A DNA stretch of 43,728 nucleotides from a virus (taxonomy: Duplodnaviria > Caudoviricetes): positions 1-43,728 of IMG/VR virus record IMGVR_UViG_3300036987_000306; one strand, written 5' to 3'. Shown here piece after piece: positions 9,610 through 17,847 of this stretch (the first letter of the stretch is position 1; every line of letters starts with the position of its first letter). A model generated the notes under the pieces. It saw only the letters and a list, made by a program, of their open reading frames with translations, was not told where the DNA came from and made no database searches. Made by a program: the position numbers and the translations under genes.

Positions 9610-10178
9610 GGGAATATGCCTTTCAGCTCAAGGCCGGTTGTGTATAATGCGGTTGTGAATAGATTTCTTTCGAGCCTATCATTCTTGAACCTGCAGTGGA
9701 CTCTCATATATCCCGTAAAACTGCAGGAAATCACATCGCCTTCCGCCGGAGCTGTATCGAATGTTACCCTATCTGCGCTCTCCGCTCCGCCTCCTGTAAG
9801 AAGCGTGTAATCGCCTGCGCTTACCGCCTCTCCGTTATTATAAATGGTGACGGCTGATGTGCTTTTTCCCGGTATATCGAATGTTACTGTCGAGCCGTCC
9901 CCTACTCCAATATAAAGCCCTGACCATGCCTCTGTTTCAGGAAGTGTATAAAAGTAAAATGCTTCGTATGCTCCGCCTCTGGCAATAAAGAAGTTCCACA
10001 GATACCCGATTTCGGTTTTGGATAATACTTCATATCGCAGGGTTACATCATACTTTGCAAATGCCTGTTTCTGGCGTGACTGCTCATTTGCCCCATCGAA
10101 TTGGGTCAGGATTGTATTCCATACCTGCGTTATCTGTATCGGGAATATAGGAACCGGCGATGTAGGAAGTTCTGACAT
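9606..10178 (-). CDS. Distal tail protein (DUF2460-like)
   Basis: FF.ARGG....F, G.GDG....F, TF..AP..G..I, V.CRF.ND motifs. Confidence 0.75.
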   Translation of the reverse strand: MSELPTSPVPIFPIQITQVWNTILTQFDGANEQSRQKQAFAKYDVTLRYEVLSKTEIGYLWNFFIARGGAYEAFYFYTLPETEAWSGLYIGVGDGSTVTFDIPGKSTSAVTIYNNGEAVSAGDYTLLTGGGAESADRVTFDTAPAEGDVISCSFTGYMRVHCRFKNDRLERNLFTTALYTTGLELKGIFP

Positions 10179-12040
10179 TAATCATCTCCCAACAAGTCTT
10201 TCATCACATATCGAAGTGACGAGTTTGATTTCATAGCCTCAACAAACGGCGCAATAACCGCCGAGGGATTTCTTTTACAAACGTCTGCAAAGCTCTGTGT
10301 ATCGAGGGCATATACGTTCAGGTTTCCTATGCTCATGCCGCCGCCTAAACCTGTTCCAGATACACCCAGTTTGCCGTCTGCGCCACGCTTGAGAGGCATA
10401 ACGGCTTCCGGACCTGCCTCACCCATAAGTCCAGCCCCGTGAGCCATAGGGAAGACTGTGGGGCGGTCTACAATGCCTCCGTAAGCGAAAGGCTGCAGCC
10501 TGCCCATGTCAAATACGTTCCCTTTTGCGCTCGCTGGCGTGGATGCGAACCATGAGCCGACCACCGAAAAAGCTGTTCCTATCCAGCCGTTTTGTCCACC
10601 TGCCCCACTCGCTGAATCAACCGATGCCGTAATCATCTTCTGTATCTGTATCTTAATCAAGTCATGGATTATTGAATTTGCAAGGCTTTTGAAATCGAGC
10701 TTCCCGGTCATAACAAACTTTGTGAGGGCTTCCGAGGTTTCCTCTAACATCTTCTGCATCAATTTAAAGCCAGTTACTCCATCGTTTTCGACCTCCTCTT
10801 TCCATTTCTTCCAGCCTGCTGACATTCCTTCAATCAACGTGAGGTGGTTTTCCGCATACTCTATATCCCATTCGGTTAGTTCATTGATGTTTGCAAGCGC
10901 CCTTGTATGCTCATTCTGTGCGAGCGCCTCCTTGTATTCGGATGACTTTACAAGTTCATCCATTTCGTTCTGCCGTCTATCCTGCTCGAGTTTGTCTATC
11001 GTAGTCTGATTCTGCTGAACACGGATTGCGGCCTGCACCTTCTCATATTCAGAATCCTCACCGGAATAGCCCCGTGCGAGTTCAAATTCTCTGCTGAATT
11101 GCTCTGCCTGTTTCAGGTCTGCTTTGTGCTCGCGCTCTGCTTCTTTCCTTCTTTCCTCTGCGGCTTCTTTTGCTTTTGTTTTGGCGATGCGTTCTTCCGC
11201 ATCTTTTGCTTTTCTTCTTGCCCAATAACCCGACCCCTCTGATGCCTTCGGGTCAGATGTAACCCCTGTGTTTAAAGGCTTGCTCCCGAATGCACCGGAT
11301 AAGCCCATTTCTCCGCCACTTGCATTAAAGACAGCATTAAAATACTTTATCGCCGCCTTTGTCATTTCATCGTAGGCTTCTACATAAGCCGCCGACATTG
11401 TCTGGATATGCTCTGCCTCATTCTTCGCCATACCGCCCATAGCTTCGCCAGATTTTTTCGCCTGAATAAAGGCGAGGTCGAGCATGGTCGTGCCTTCGAC
11501 CCCTTTCTCAATAGCATCGTTTAGGACTTTCATCTCCTGCTTTGATACAAGGCCGAGCTTGACAAGAGCCTTCGGGGTTTTGTTCGCTATCGCATCAGCA
11601 ATCGAATCAAACGCTTCGGTTACGCTCTGCCCGGTTGTCCGTGCCGTAACTCTTGCTATTTCAGCAATCTTTATCATGTCTTGCGCCGACAAATCCTGCG
11701 TCATGCCCTTGATTGCTTTCTGCATCAGTGCGGAGTCTTCAATCGTTCCGGCGGAAGCCCTTTTCATTGCCTTGACTATTTCATCAGCATCTTCCTTGTA
11801 ATGTTTGGCAACATTTTTAAATGCGGCCTCAACTTGAAGCTCTTTCGCTCCATGTTTCAGGATTTCAAAGCCTTTCCCGATATAGCTTATGGCTTTCTCT
11901 GCGGCAGTAGCCAGCACAGCAAATTCAAACGCGGTTTTCGTGACTCCGCCCTTGAGCGAATCAAGGCTCGCCAAAGAGGACTTGATTGCGCCCTGTGTTT
12001 TGTCATCTGCTGTAATCGTGAGTTTGACTTCGTTTGCCAT
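10178..12040 (-). CDS. Tape measure protein (lambda-family C-terminus)
   Basis: 620 aa helical; TGKLDFKSLANSII.DL and FA.GG..GLMGEAGPEAVMPL motifs. Confidence 0.9.
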   Translation of the reverse strand: MANEVKLTITADDKTQGAIKSSLASLDSLKGGVTKTAFEFAVLATAAEKAISYIGKGFEILKHGAKELQVEAAFKNVAKHYKEDADEIVKAMKRASAGTIEDSALMQKAIKGMTQDLSAQDMIKIAEIARVTARTTGQSVTEAFDSIADAIANKTPKALVKLGLVSKQEMKVLNDAIEKGVEGTTMLDLAFIQAKKSGEAMGGMAKNEAEHIQTMSAAYVEAYDEMTKAAIKYFNAVFNASGGEMGLSGAFGSKPLNTGVTSDPKASEGSGYWARRKAKDAEERIAKTKAKEAAEERRKEAEREHKADLKQAEQFSREFELARGYSGEDSEYEKVQAAIRVQQNQTTIDKLEQDRRQNEMDELVKSSEYKEALAQNEHTRALANINELTEWDIEYAENHLTLIEGMSAGWKKWKEEVENDGVTGFKLMQKMLEETSEALTKFVMTGKLDFKSLANSIIHDLIKIQIQKMITASVDSASGAGGQNGWIGTAFSVVGSWFASTPASAKGNVFDMGRLQPFAYGGIVDRPTVFPMAHGAGLMGEAGPEAVMPLKRGADGKLGVSGTGLGGGMSIGNLNVYALDTQSFADVCKRNPSAVIAPFVEAMKSNSSLRYVMKDLLGDD

Positions 12041-12058
12041 TGAGTTTCCTGTGGAAGT

Positions 12059-12343
12059 TTATTGTAAGGTTACTCGGTCAGAACACCTTTTGTTGCACAT
12101 GGAGCAGACTTCTATGTTCCTGCACGCCTTTTCTTTCTTGCTGACACCGTAATACTGATTCAGATAATCGGTTTCAAGTATCCGGAGCTTCCTCAATATC
12201 GTATCATCCATCTCTATTCCGAGCCATTCCGCCACTTTGTCAACCGCTACGAAATCCAGCCCGGTCGGTCCTCCGAACCCTGTTCTCATCTGCGTAAATG
12301 AGCTTGCCCATATCTCGAGGGCTTCTTCGTTTTCTTCGAACAC
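12059..12343 (-). CDS. Tail assembly chaperone, post-frameshift segment (gpT-like, DUF1799-like)
   Basis: EN...L..W....TQ.R.G..G.TGLDF motif; in the -1 frame of the upstream chaperone. Confidence 0.8.
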   Translation of the reverse strand: MFEENEEALEIWASSFTQMRTGFGGPTGLDFVAVDKVAEWLGIEMDDTILRKLRILETDYLNQYYGVSKKEKACRNIEVCSMCNKRCSDRVTLQ

Positions 12344-12357
12344 TTCCGGAGCAGAGC

Positions 12358-12666
12358 CTACTCCGCCGCCTTCTCTCCACCGCCGGAAGTCTGTGAGTTT
12401 TTTTCCGATGCATCCGACCCGAACGTAAGCCCCATTATATCGACAAATATCTGGACATAAACGTTGTTGGGCAGGTTCTCCGCCGTATATGCTTCTGAAC
12501 CAAGCACCAGATGCACTATTTTGTCTGTCAATTCTCCCTGCTGTGTTGCTGAAAGCGATGGGTCTGACAGCCCTTCTTTCCGGAGTTCTATTACCTCTTT
12601 TCGAGTAAGGCTACGGATATTGAAGGGAACTTCGTTATATTTCTTTTCTATCGTTTTATGAGCCAA
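12358..12666 (-). CDS. Tail assembly chaperone (gpG-like)
   Basis: Between tail tube and TMP; slippery site near its 3' end (..SEKN..). Confidence 0.8.
   Translation of the reverse strand: MAHKTIEKKYNEVPFNIRSLTRKEVIELRKEGLSDPSLSATQQGELTDKIVHLVLGSEAYTAENLPNNVYVQIFVDIMGLTFGSDASEKNSQTSGGGEKAAE
12397..12403 (-). other. -1 programmed frameshift slippery heptamer A AAA AAC
   Basis: A -1 shift reads openly LTDFRRWREGGGVGSAPEV into ORF 12059-12343. Confidence 0.8.
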
Positions 12667-12705
12667 AAGTTACTCTCCTTTCAAAAGGCGCAACTGCGTT
12701 GCATA

Positions 12706-13629
12706 TTATGTGAAAACGATACTCAATTCATCATCGCCTGCATTTCTCGATAGCAAACAATCGATTCCGAGCGATTTCTGACCGCCTCTGTCTGCAGGTG
12801 TGATACTTGTGTACTGAACCTTCGGAGCCGTAATTGTGCAGATATTCCCTGCCGCCCCTGTGAGTGCAAGGGTCAATGCACCGAGTGCTCCCGACCTCCA
12901 CTTCCCGAAAAAGTCATATGTTGCAATTATAACTTCTTCCGGGTCAATGGACAGCGTGGGGTTTCTCTTTGTGATTACCGCACTGAAATTACCCGATGAA
13001 GCATTGACGCTCGGTCGCAGAGTTACGGTGTTTCCGAGCCTGAATTCCATCGTTCCAATAAGAGCCGCATAACTATCGATTGTCATTGTGGCTGTCTGGA
13101 AAGGAATCGGCAGAGTGGACTCATACGCTACACCGGATGACAGCATCGCAAGCGTGGTAACGGAGAAGTCCGCTCCTGTGAACACGAAATGGAGCATACC
13201 GGGCTTTCCGGCTTCGAGTTTAAGGCTAACATCGCCCCTACAGCCCCACATCTGATAATGGATACCGTCTGCATACATACCGAGCGTGATTGATGATATT
13301 GAGGATGATGCAGGCTTATATGTGACCGAGGTTCCTGCTGACACGGTTTCACCGAAGCCGCATGCTTTCAATAGCTTCCCAAGGGCCGGAGCCGTTCCTG
13401 CCGTTCCTGACCCTTTCAATTCCACATCGAACTCCATAACTGCCGACCTCAATCCCGGCACCCCTGCGAACCGAGATAATGATGATGTAAGGTTGTCACG
13501 CCCTTCTACGTTTATGCTTGGTTTGAATGAAGGATTCATGGCAAGGAAGGCATCGGCGCCGGCAAGCGCAATGGCAGTCCCTTCCGTCACCTCTATCTTT
13601 GCGGCCACCTGTGTTAAAGCGTTAAGCAT
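12706..13629 (-). CDS. Major tail tube protein
   Basis: 307 aa, ELKGSGTAGTAPALGKLLKACG motif; position; GGAGG RBS. Confidence 0.85.
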   Translation of the reverse strand: MLNALTQVAAKIEVTEGTAIALAGADAFLAMNPSFKPSINVEGRDNLTSSLSRFAGVPGLRSAVMEFDVELKGSGTAGTAPALGKLLKACGFGETVSAGTSVTYKPASSSISSITLGMYADGIHYQMWGCRGDVSLKLEAGKPGMLHFVFTGADFSVTTLAMLSSGVAYESTLPIPFQTATMTIDSYAALIGTMEFRLGNTVTLRPSVNASSGNFSAVITKRNPTLSIDPEEVIIATYDFFGKWRSGALGALTLALTGAAGNICTITAPKVQYTSITPADRGGQKSLGIDCLLSRNAGDDELSIVFT

Positions 13630-13650
13630 TTTCTTTAACCTCCAATAAAT

Positions 13651-13717
13651 AGGGTTTAGGGTTCAGGGTTCAGGGTTTAGGGTTTCCTATACCCTCGACC
13701 CTATCCCCTACACCCTG
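13651..13717. repeat. Inverted arrays of 7-bp repeats (AGGGTTY)5 / (ACCCTNN)4
   Basis: Directly visible; can fold as a long imperfect hairpin. Confidence 0.85.
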
Positions 13718-13807
13718 CTTTATTAATTCCAGATATTCCTTTTCCGTAATCTCATTTCCTTCGGCATCCAGGTAAATTGTTTTACCCGACCGCGATATAT
13801 CTTCCAT
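13670..13807 (-). CDS. 45-aa small protein MEDISRSGKTIYLDAEGNEITEKEYLELIKQG... (below ORF-track cutoff)
   Basis: GGAG RBS; open frame between tail terminator and tail tube. Confidence 0.55.
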   Translation of the reverse strand: MEDISRSGKTIYLDAEGNEITEKEYLELIKQGVGDRVEGIGNPKP

Positions 13808-13904
13808 TGGTTTTTCTCCGAAAAACAGTTAAAAGCAAAAAGTGAAAAGTTTAAAGTTTAAAGGCTTTGCCTATACCCCATACCCTTGCCCCTTGACCCT
13901 GCTT

Positions 13905-14348
13905 TTAAATCCATTCCCTTTCTTCCACCGCCAAACTCATTTCTGCTGTGTGCACGAAATATTCAGGCGCAATTTCCCTGGTTGAGATTGAATCAACCGA
14001 AACCGGATCACTGTTTAATGCGATTCCGTTTAATGTTTTCTTGCTGTTGAACGCCTGCTTGATGGTATTTATAAGCTCCTGAAAAACACCTTCTGAGGCT
14101 TCAACATCATCAACCGTGTAATATCCTTTGATTTTAAAGACGTGCCTGTTTAAAATTGTAGGATATCTGTTTTCTGCCACGGTGCTTTTCCGGCTTACGG
14201 TCCAGCCGTTTATAATATCATCCGAGGCCATGAGCGACTGCCATTCCGCGAACGATCTGCTGTGCCGCTCATAATCATGAATTACGCCGATCCCGACAAC
14301 ACCGCCCAGGATAGAAACTATTTCGGCAAGCAAAGCGGCCTGGCCCAT
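13905..14348 (-). CDS. Tail terminator / tail completion protein
   Basis: Canonical slot between head closure and tail tube; AGGAGG RBS before MGQ. Confidence 0.7.
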   Translation of the reverse strand: MGQAALLAEIVSILGGVVGIGVIHDYERHSRSFAEWQSLMASDDIINGWTVSRKSTVAENRYPTILNRHVFKIKGYYTVDDVEASEGVFQELINTIKQAFNSKKTLNGIALNSDPVSVDSISTREIAPEYFVHTAEMSLAVEEREWI

Positions 14349-14671
14349 TACCGGTTCCTCCTGCTGATATGACACCGCCAGATCAGGCCGTCGTCTACCA
14401 GCCTGGCGAATATCACGTTCCATGTTTCGGAGCCTATTCCCACCGAATCCCCAGGAGTGACTACCGGCACATCAGACGCCATGATATCCATCATCGCATC
14501 GGTATTGAGCGCATCCATGCCTTCCATCGGCCCGGGATCTCCATAATCGATCAAGGCTTTGATGCTCTGCGCCGATCCACCGGTATGCGTATATGATATC
14601 GCCGTGGCAAAATCATCAGTGTTGAAAAACACGGTGGATAGATCGGCTGATATTTGGGATGATAAAGTCAT
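14348..14671 (-). CDS. Head closure / head-tail joining protein (gpFII-like)
   Basis: D...VFFN.DDFA N-terminus, small beta-barrel pattern, position. Confidence 0.75.
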   Translation of the reverse strand: MTLSSQISADLSTVFFNTDDFATAISYTHTGGSAQSIKALIDYGDPGPMEGMDALNTDAMMDIMASDVPVVTPGDSVGIGSETWNVIFARLVDDGLIWRCHISRRNR

Positions 14672-14696
14672 AAAAATAGGGTCCAGGGTTCAGGGT

Positions 14697-14957
14697 TTAA
14701 TGTTCCGACCCGGACGGAAACAGTAAGCCTGCCGCAAAATCAACCATTTTATCTACAAGCGGATCAATCGCATCCAGGGTTTCTTTCTGCCCACCGGTAG
14801 AGATCCCCTGCACTCCATCATAAGTTGCTTTAACGGCTTCAATAACGGCCGCTTTTTTATCCGCCCCGGACCCCTTTTCAACAAAAAACTTCTCAGCCAG
14901 GGATACGAGCTGAATGATAAGCGGTATCAGTTTCACAAATAACGCGAAATATTGCAT
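14697..14957 (-). CDS. Holin-like lysis protein
   Basis: Hydrophobic N-terminus, G..KK..V motif, next to the endolysin. Confidence 0.5.
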   Translation of the reverse strand: MQYFALFVKLIPLIIQLVSLAEKFFVEKGSGADKKAAVIEAVKATYDGVQGISTGGQKETLDAIDPLVDKMVDFAAGLLFPSGSEH

Positions 14958-14970
14958 GATATAGATCCTT

Positions 14971-15312
14971 TCAGTACGGCCAGCATGATTCAACGCCATT
15001 CATGTTGTCCGCGTGTATAAAGTTATCTTTGAATGATATGCCAATCCTGCGGAACCCGGCCAGGTACAGCCCTTTAAGAATTTTGCCTCTTACCGGACCA
15101 TTCACAGCCTCAATATCCGCAGCCTTTCCGCTGGTGTGGTTTTGCGTGGATGAGCCGATTGCAGCATTGTGTTTCGGGCACCGGTAGCCTGAAGTGATTA
15201 CAAACGGGACACCGGCAATCTCCCGCGCCTTTTCAAGCATCGCAAGAAAATCAGCGTTCATCGGATGCTCTCTGCAGCATTTGCAGGCGAATTCTTCAGG
15301 CTTAAAATACAT
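14971..15312 (-). CDS. Endolysin, peptidase M15 (Zn D-Ala-D-Ala carboxypeptidase-like)
   Basis: YF..EEF.CKCC, ITSGYRC..HN, H..G.AADI, FIH.D motifs. Confidence 0.9.
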   Translation of the reverse strand: MYFKPEEFACKCCREHPMNADFLAMLEKAREIAGVPFVITSGYRCPKHNAAIGSSTQNHTSGKAADIEAVNGPVRGKILKGLYLAGFRRIGISFKDNFIHADNMNGVESCWPY

Positions 15313-15323
15313 AATCCTCCTGT

Positions 15324-15521
15324 TTAATCTCTCGGTATAATTACATTTCCGGTTTTAAGAGATTTACAGGCGTCGTTACCGCATGACACCTCATGATAGT
15401 GGCTGTTCATCCGCTTCCAAATATCAGCGCAATCATTTTTTATTCCTGTTAGCACAAGAATCATGACACCCTGAAGAACCCCTACTGATATGCCAATAAT
15501 AGCAACGATAGTTTGTTCCAT
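15324..15521 (-). CDS. Single-TM membrane protein, holin-like
   Basis: N-terminal hydrophobic helix; directly upstream of the endolysin. Confidence 0.5.
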   Translation of the reverse strand: MEQTIVAIIGISVGVLQGVMILVLTGIKNDCADIWKRMNSHYHEVSCGNDACKSLKTGNVIIPRD

Positions 15522-15522
15522 C

Positions 15523-15714
15523 TCATGAGTTCCCTTTTTCAATATCAATTATGCCGATCCGGACAGGATAATACCTCGCGCACTTCGGATTGTTTTCCGG
15601 ATCGTGACCGCATATCCGGCAATCCCCCGCGCCGTTACCATCCGGCCCGATATCAGGCCTGAATATTTGGTGAAGACAGAGAACTATTTGGCGCATCGGG
15701 CTTCTTTGTTTCAA
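15523..15714 (-). CDS. Small Cys-containing hypothetical protein
   Basis: Overlap-coupled with its neighbours; C..H, CxxC, C. Confidence 0.45.
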   Translation of the reverse strand: MKQRSPMRQIVLCLHQIFRPDIGPDGNGAGDCRICGHDPENNPKCARYYPVRIGIIDIEKGNS

Positions 15715-15931
15715 TCGGAGACAGGGACGGCAAAAGAACCTTATCCTTAAGATCTCCGATAATGCCTATAATCTCACCGGCCTTGAACTCCACATCGGAC
15801 AAAACCTCATAAGTATCTTTTTTTTTCAAAAGCTTTAGAAAGCGTTTCCGCAATGAGGCCTGTTTCTCATCAAGCTCAAGCGACATTCCAGCCGGTATAA
15901 CCGTTCTCGGCGCTACAGTTTTGTATTTCAT
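15653..15931 (-). CDS. Hypothetical capsid-adjacent protein
   Basis: GAGG RBS before MKYK; V.FKAGE motif. Confidence 0.6.
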   Translation of the reverse strand: MKYKTVAPRTVIPAGMSLELDEKQASLRKRFLKLLKKKDTYEVLSDVEFKAGEIIGIIGDLKDKVLLPSLSPIETKKPDAPNSSLSSPNIQA

Positions 15932-15954
15932 TATAAATATCCTCTTGCGTAAAA

Positions 15955-15992
15955 TTGAAAACCAGGCACGGCACAGCATAAAGCCGTGCCTG
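15955..15992 (-). terminator. Intrinsic terminator after the major capsid gene
   Basis: 10-bp stem CAGGCACGGC/GCCGTGCCTG followed by GTTTTCAATTT on the minus strand. Confidence 0.6.
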
Positions 15993-16011
15993 ACTATCAC
16001 CTATAAGATCA

Positions 16012-16968
16012 CTATGTCATTGTGACCAGGCAGGCTTTCTGCCACATGCCATAGCCGACGTTTCTCCATGTATCGATCCCGTACTGATGAGCGTCGTTAT
16101 CGAACGCATACTCGGAGCCTTCGCCCTTGATCTTGAGATCCACCGCGGTCTCTTCCTGACGGATGAGAGCCTTTGCAACGCTGTTGGTGTTAAACAACGC
16201 AAAGCTGGCTGTCCAGTCGGAAAGCCTGGCGTTGGGAGCAACCTCGATTGAGAAGTTGGCGGCCTTTAAAGCGGTAAGAGCGGTCTGGCTTGCAGCGATC
16301 TGCAACGGTGTCGCGACAGCCTGCATGGCTGCGTTCATAAGCGATACCGGGCACATTACCAAAAAGCTTTGCGCCCCTTCATTCATAGGCTCGCCTTTGT
16401 CATCCTTGATCCCGGCAATTTGCGCAATACCCGCCGCGATGCAGAGCTGCATCTCTTCCACGGAAGGCGCCGTGGTTGAGCCGTGAACCGTTGTTGGCAA
16501 AGCAGAAATATCAACCGATATGCTGTTCGACTGCGTGCCGGAATCCCCTTCGGAATGATCGGTATCGAAGAAATACTGATTGTCATAACATACGGTTGAA
16601 GAGCCGTTTATGATAAGGGTTGAAAGTAAGGACGCCCAGTGCGTATTGGCCCGCTGGGCAAGCTCCCTGATCCTGAGAAGCGCCTGGTCAGACTTATCCC
16701 TGCGAAGCCATTTTACAAGGATATCTATCGTTGCCTCGTAATGCTTGTTTTTGATTTCGATATTGTTTTCCCTCAGGCCCTTTGCGTTTCTTCCGCCAAC
16801 CCACTCGCGCATTGCCGGAGCCATGCCGAGCCAGGGATATGTTTCGATGTCCTGATCGGACTCAAAATAATTGGAGATTTTCGGCACCCATGCCGCGCCA
16901 TCCCCGGCGTTCAAAGCAAGGAAAAACTCTCCGATAATTCCCGCTTCAGTCAATTTATATAAACCCAT
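16012..16968 (-). CDS. Major capsid protein (Mu gpT-like)
   Basis: ETY.WLG..P.MREWVG.R, CYD.QYFFDTDH, R.NVGYG.WQ motifs. Confidence 0.9.
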   Translation of the reverse strand: MGLYKLTEAGIIGEFFLALNAGDGAAWVPKISNYFESDQDIETYPWLGMAPAMREWVGGRNAKGLRENNIEIKNKHYEATIDILVKWLRRDKSDQALLRIRELAQRANTHWASLLSTLIINGSSTVCYDNQYFFDTDHSEGDSGTQSNSISVDISALPTTVHGSTTAPSVEEMQLCIAAGIAQIAGIKDDKGEPMNEGAQSFLVMCPVSLMNAAMQAVATPLQIAASQTALTALKAANFSIEVAPNARLSDWTASFALFNTNSVAKALIRQEETAVDLKIKGEGSEYAFDNDAHQYGIDTWRNVGYGMWQKACLVTMT

Positions 16969-17036
16969 TTTCCTTTTCCTCCCTGTTTATATTGTAAAAG
17001 ATTAATTACCCTTCATTCATTCAAAAAACTGCCCGT

Positions 17037-17801
17037 CTAAGACTCTTTTACCCAGGTGCCGACCATGCGAGTGACCACCCAGCCGTTTGCATCGCTGTAA
17101 TCGAGATCAATGTAATCGCCCCTGCATGCCGTGGCCTTGGTGTTTACGATGTCTTTGTTATCGACGCCGGCAACATTGACAGACTCGACCATATCGTTTG
17201 CGTTCGGGCTGACGGTGACGGCCACTGCCCCGAAGGCCCCACCGTTCATGATCCTGATATTGGACATACCTTCAACTGCCGGCAGGGTGATTGTTTTCGC
17301 ATCCGTGTCGATCCAGAGCAGTTTGCCGCTATCCTGAGCATCGAGCGTAAGGTTGTCTGATACCGTTTCGGCAAGGAATCCCTCGTTCGGATCCTTGAGC
17401 ACACCGGCGTTGAACTCCACAATCATGTATCCGGAAGATACAAAGCGCCGGGCAAAACCGACAAACTTGCCGCTTACCGGCGAGAATGAAAAGGCGTTAT
17501 CATCCGTGGCATATACCGGCTTTCCGGCATCGGTTATCACCGCTCCGGTCACAGCAAGCTTTACCGACCCTTTTTTCTTGACCCGCACATTGATTGCGGC
17601 TGCGGCTCCGGCGGAGTTATCCGCCTTCTCCTCTGCAATTCCCACAAAGAGATCGGCGCTTGTAAGCGGCCTTGCATGCCCCGAAGCGTTTACAATCCCG
17701 ACAGCCGCGCCCTCATAAACTATATCCGAGGCGATTACCGGGAATTCGTTGACATCCCCCATCTCAAAATCCCTGGGAGTGTTTGCTGCTAATGTAGTCA
17801 T
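17037..17801 (-). CDS. Head decoration protein (DUF2190-like) with extra C-terminal beta domain
   Basis: F.G.A....DN..GA, G..VYATDD N-domain; position between protease and capsid. Confidence 0.7.
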   Translation of the reverse strand: MTTLAANTPRDFEMGDVNEFPVIASDIVYEGAAVGIVNASGHARPLTSADLFVGIAEEKADNSAGAAAAINVRVKKKGSVKLAVTGAVITDAGKPVYATDDNAFSFSPVSGKFVGFARRFVSSGYMIVEFNAGVLKDPNEGFLAETVSDNLTLDAQDSGKLLWIDTDAKTITLPAVEGMSNIRIMNGGAFGAVAVTVSPNANDMVESVNVAGVDNKDIVNTKATACRGDYIDLDYSDANGWVVTRMVGTWVKES

Positions 17802-17847
17802 ATTAAAATCCTCCGTTTTAAAATAAGGTTATGGAATGGCTTTATGC

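Noticed and set aside
846-13648. Numerous plus-strand ORFs in the structural region
   Set aside because: Antisense shadows of well-supported minus-strand genes, with no recognisable motifs.
13651-13685. True telomere or eukaryotic contamination (TTTAGGG-like)
   Set aside because: Short, degenerate, internal and interleaved with phage genes, often in coding frame.
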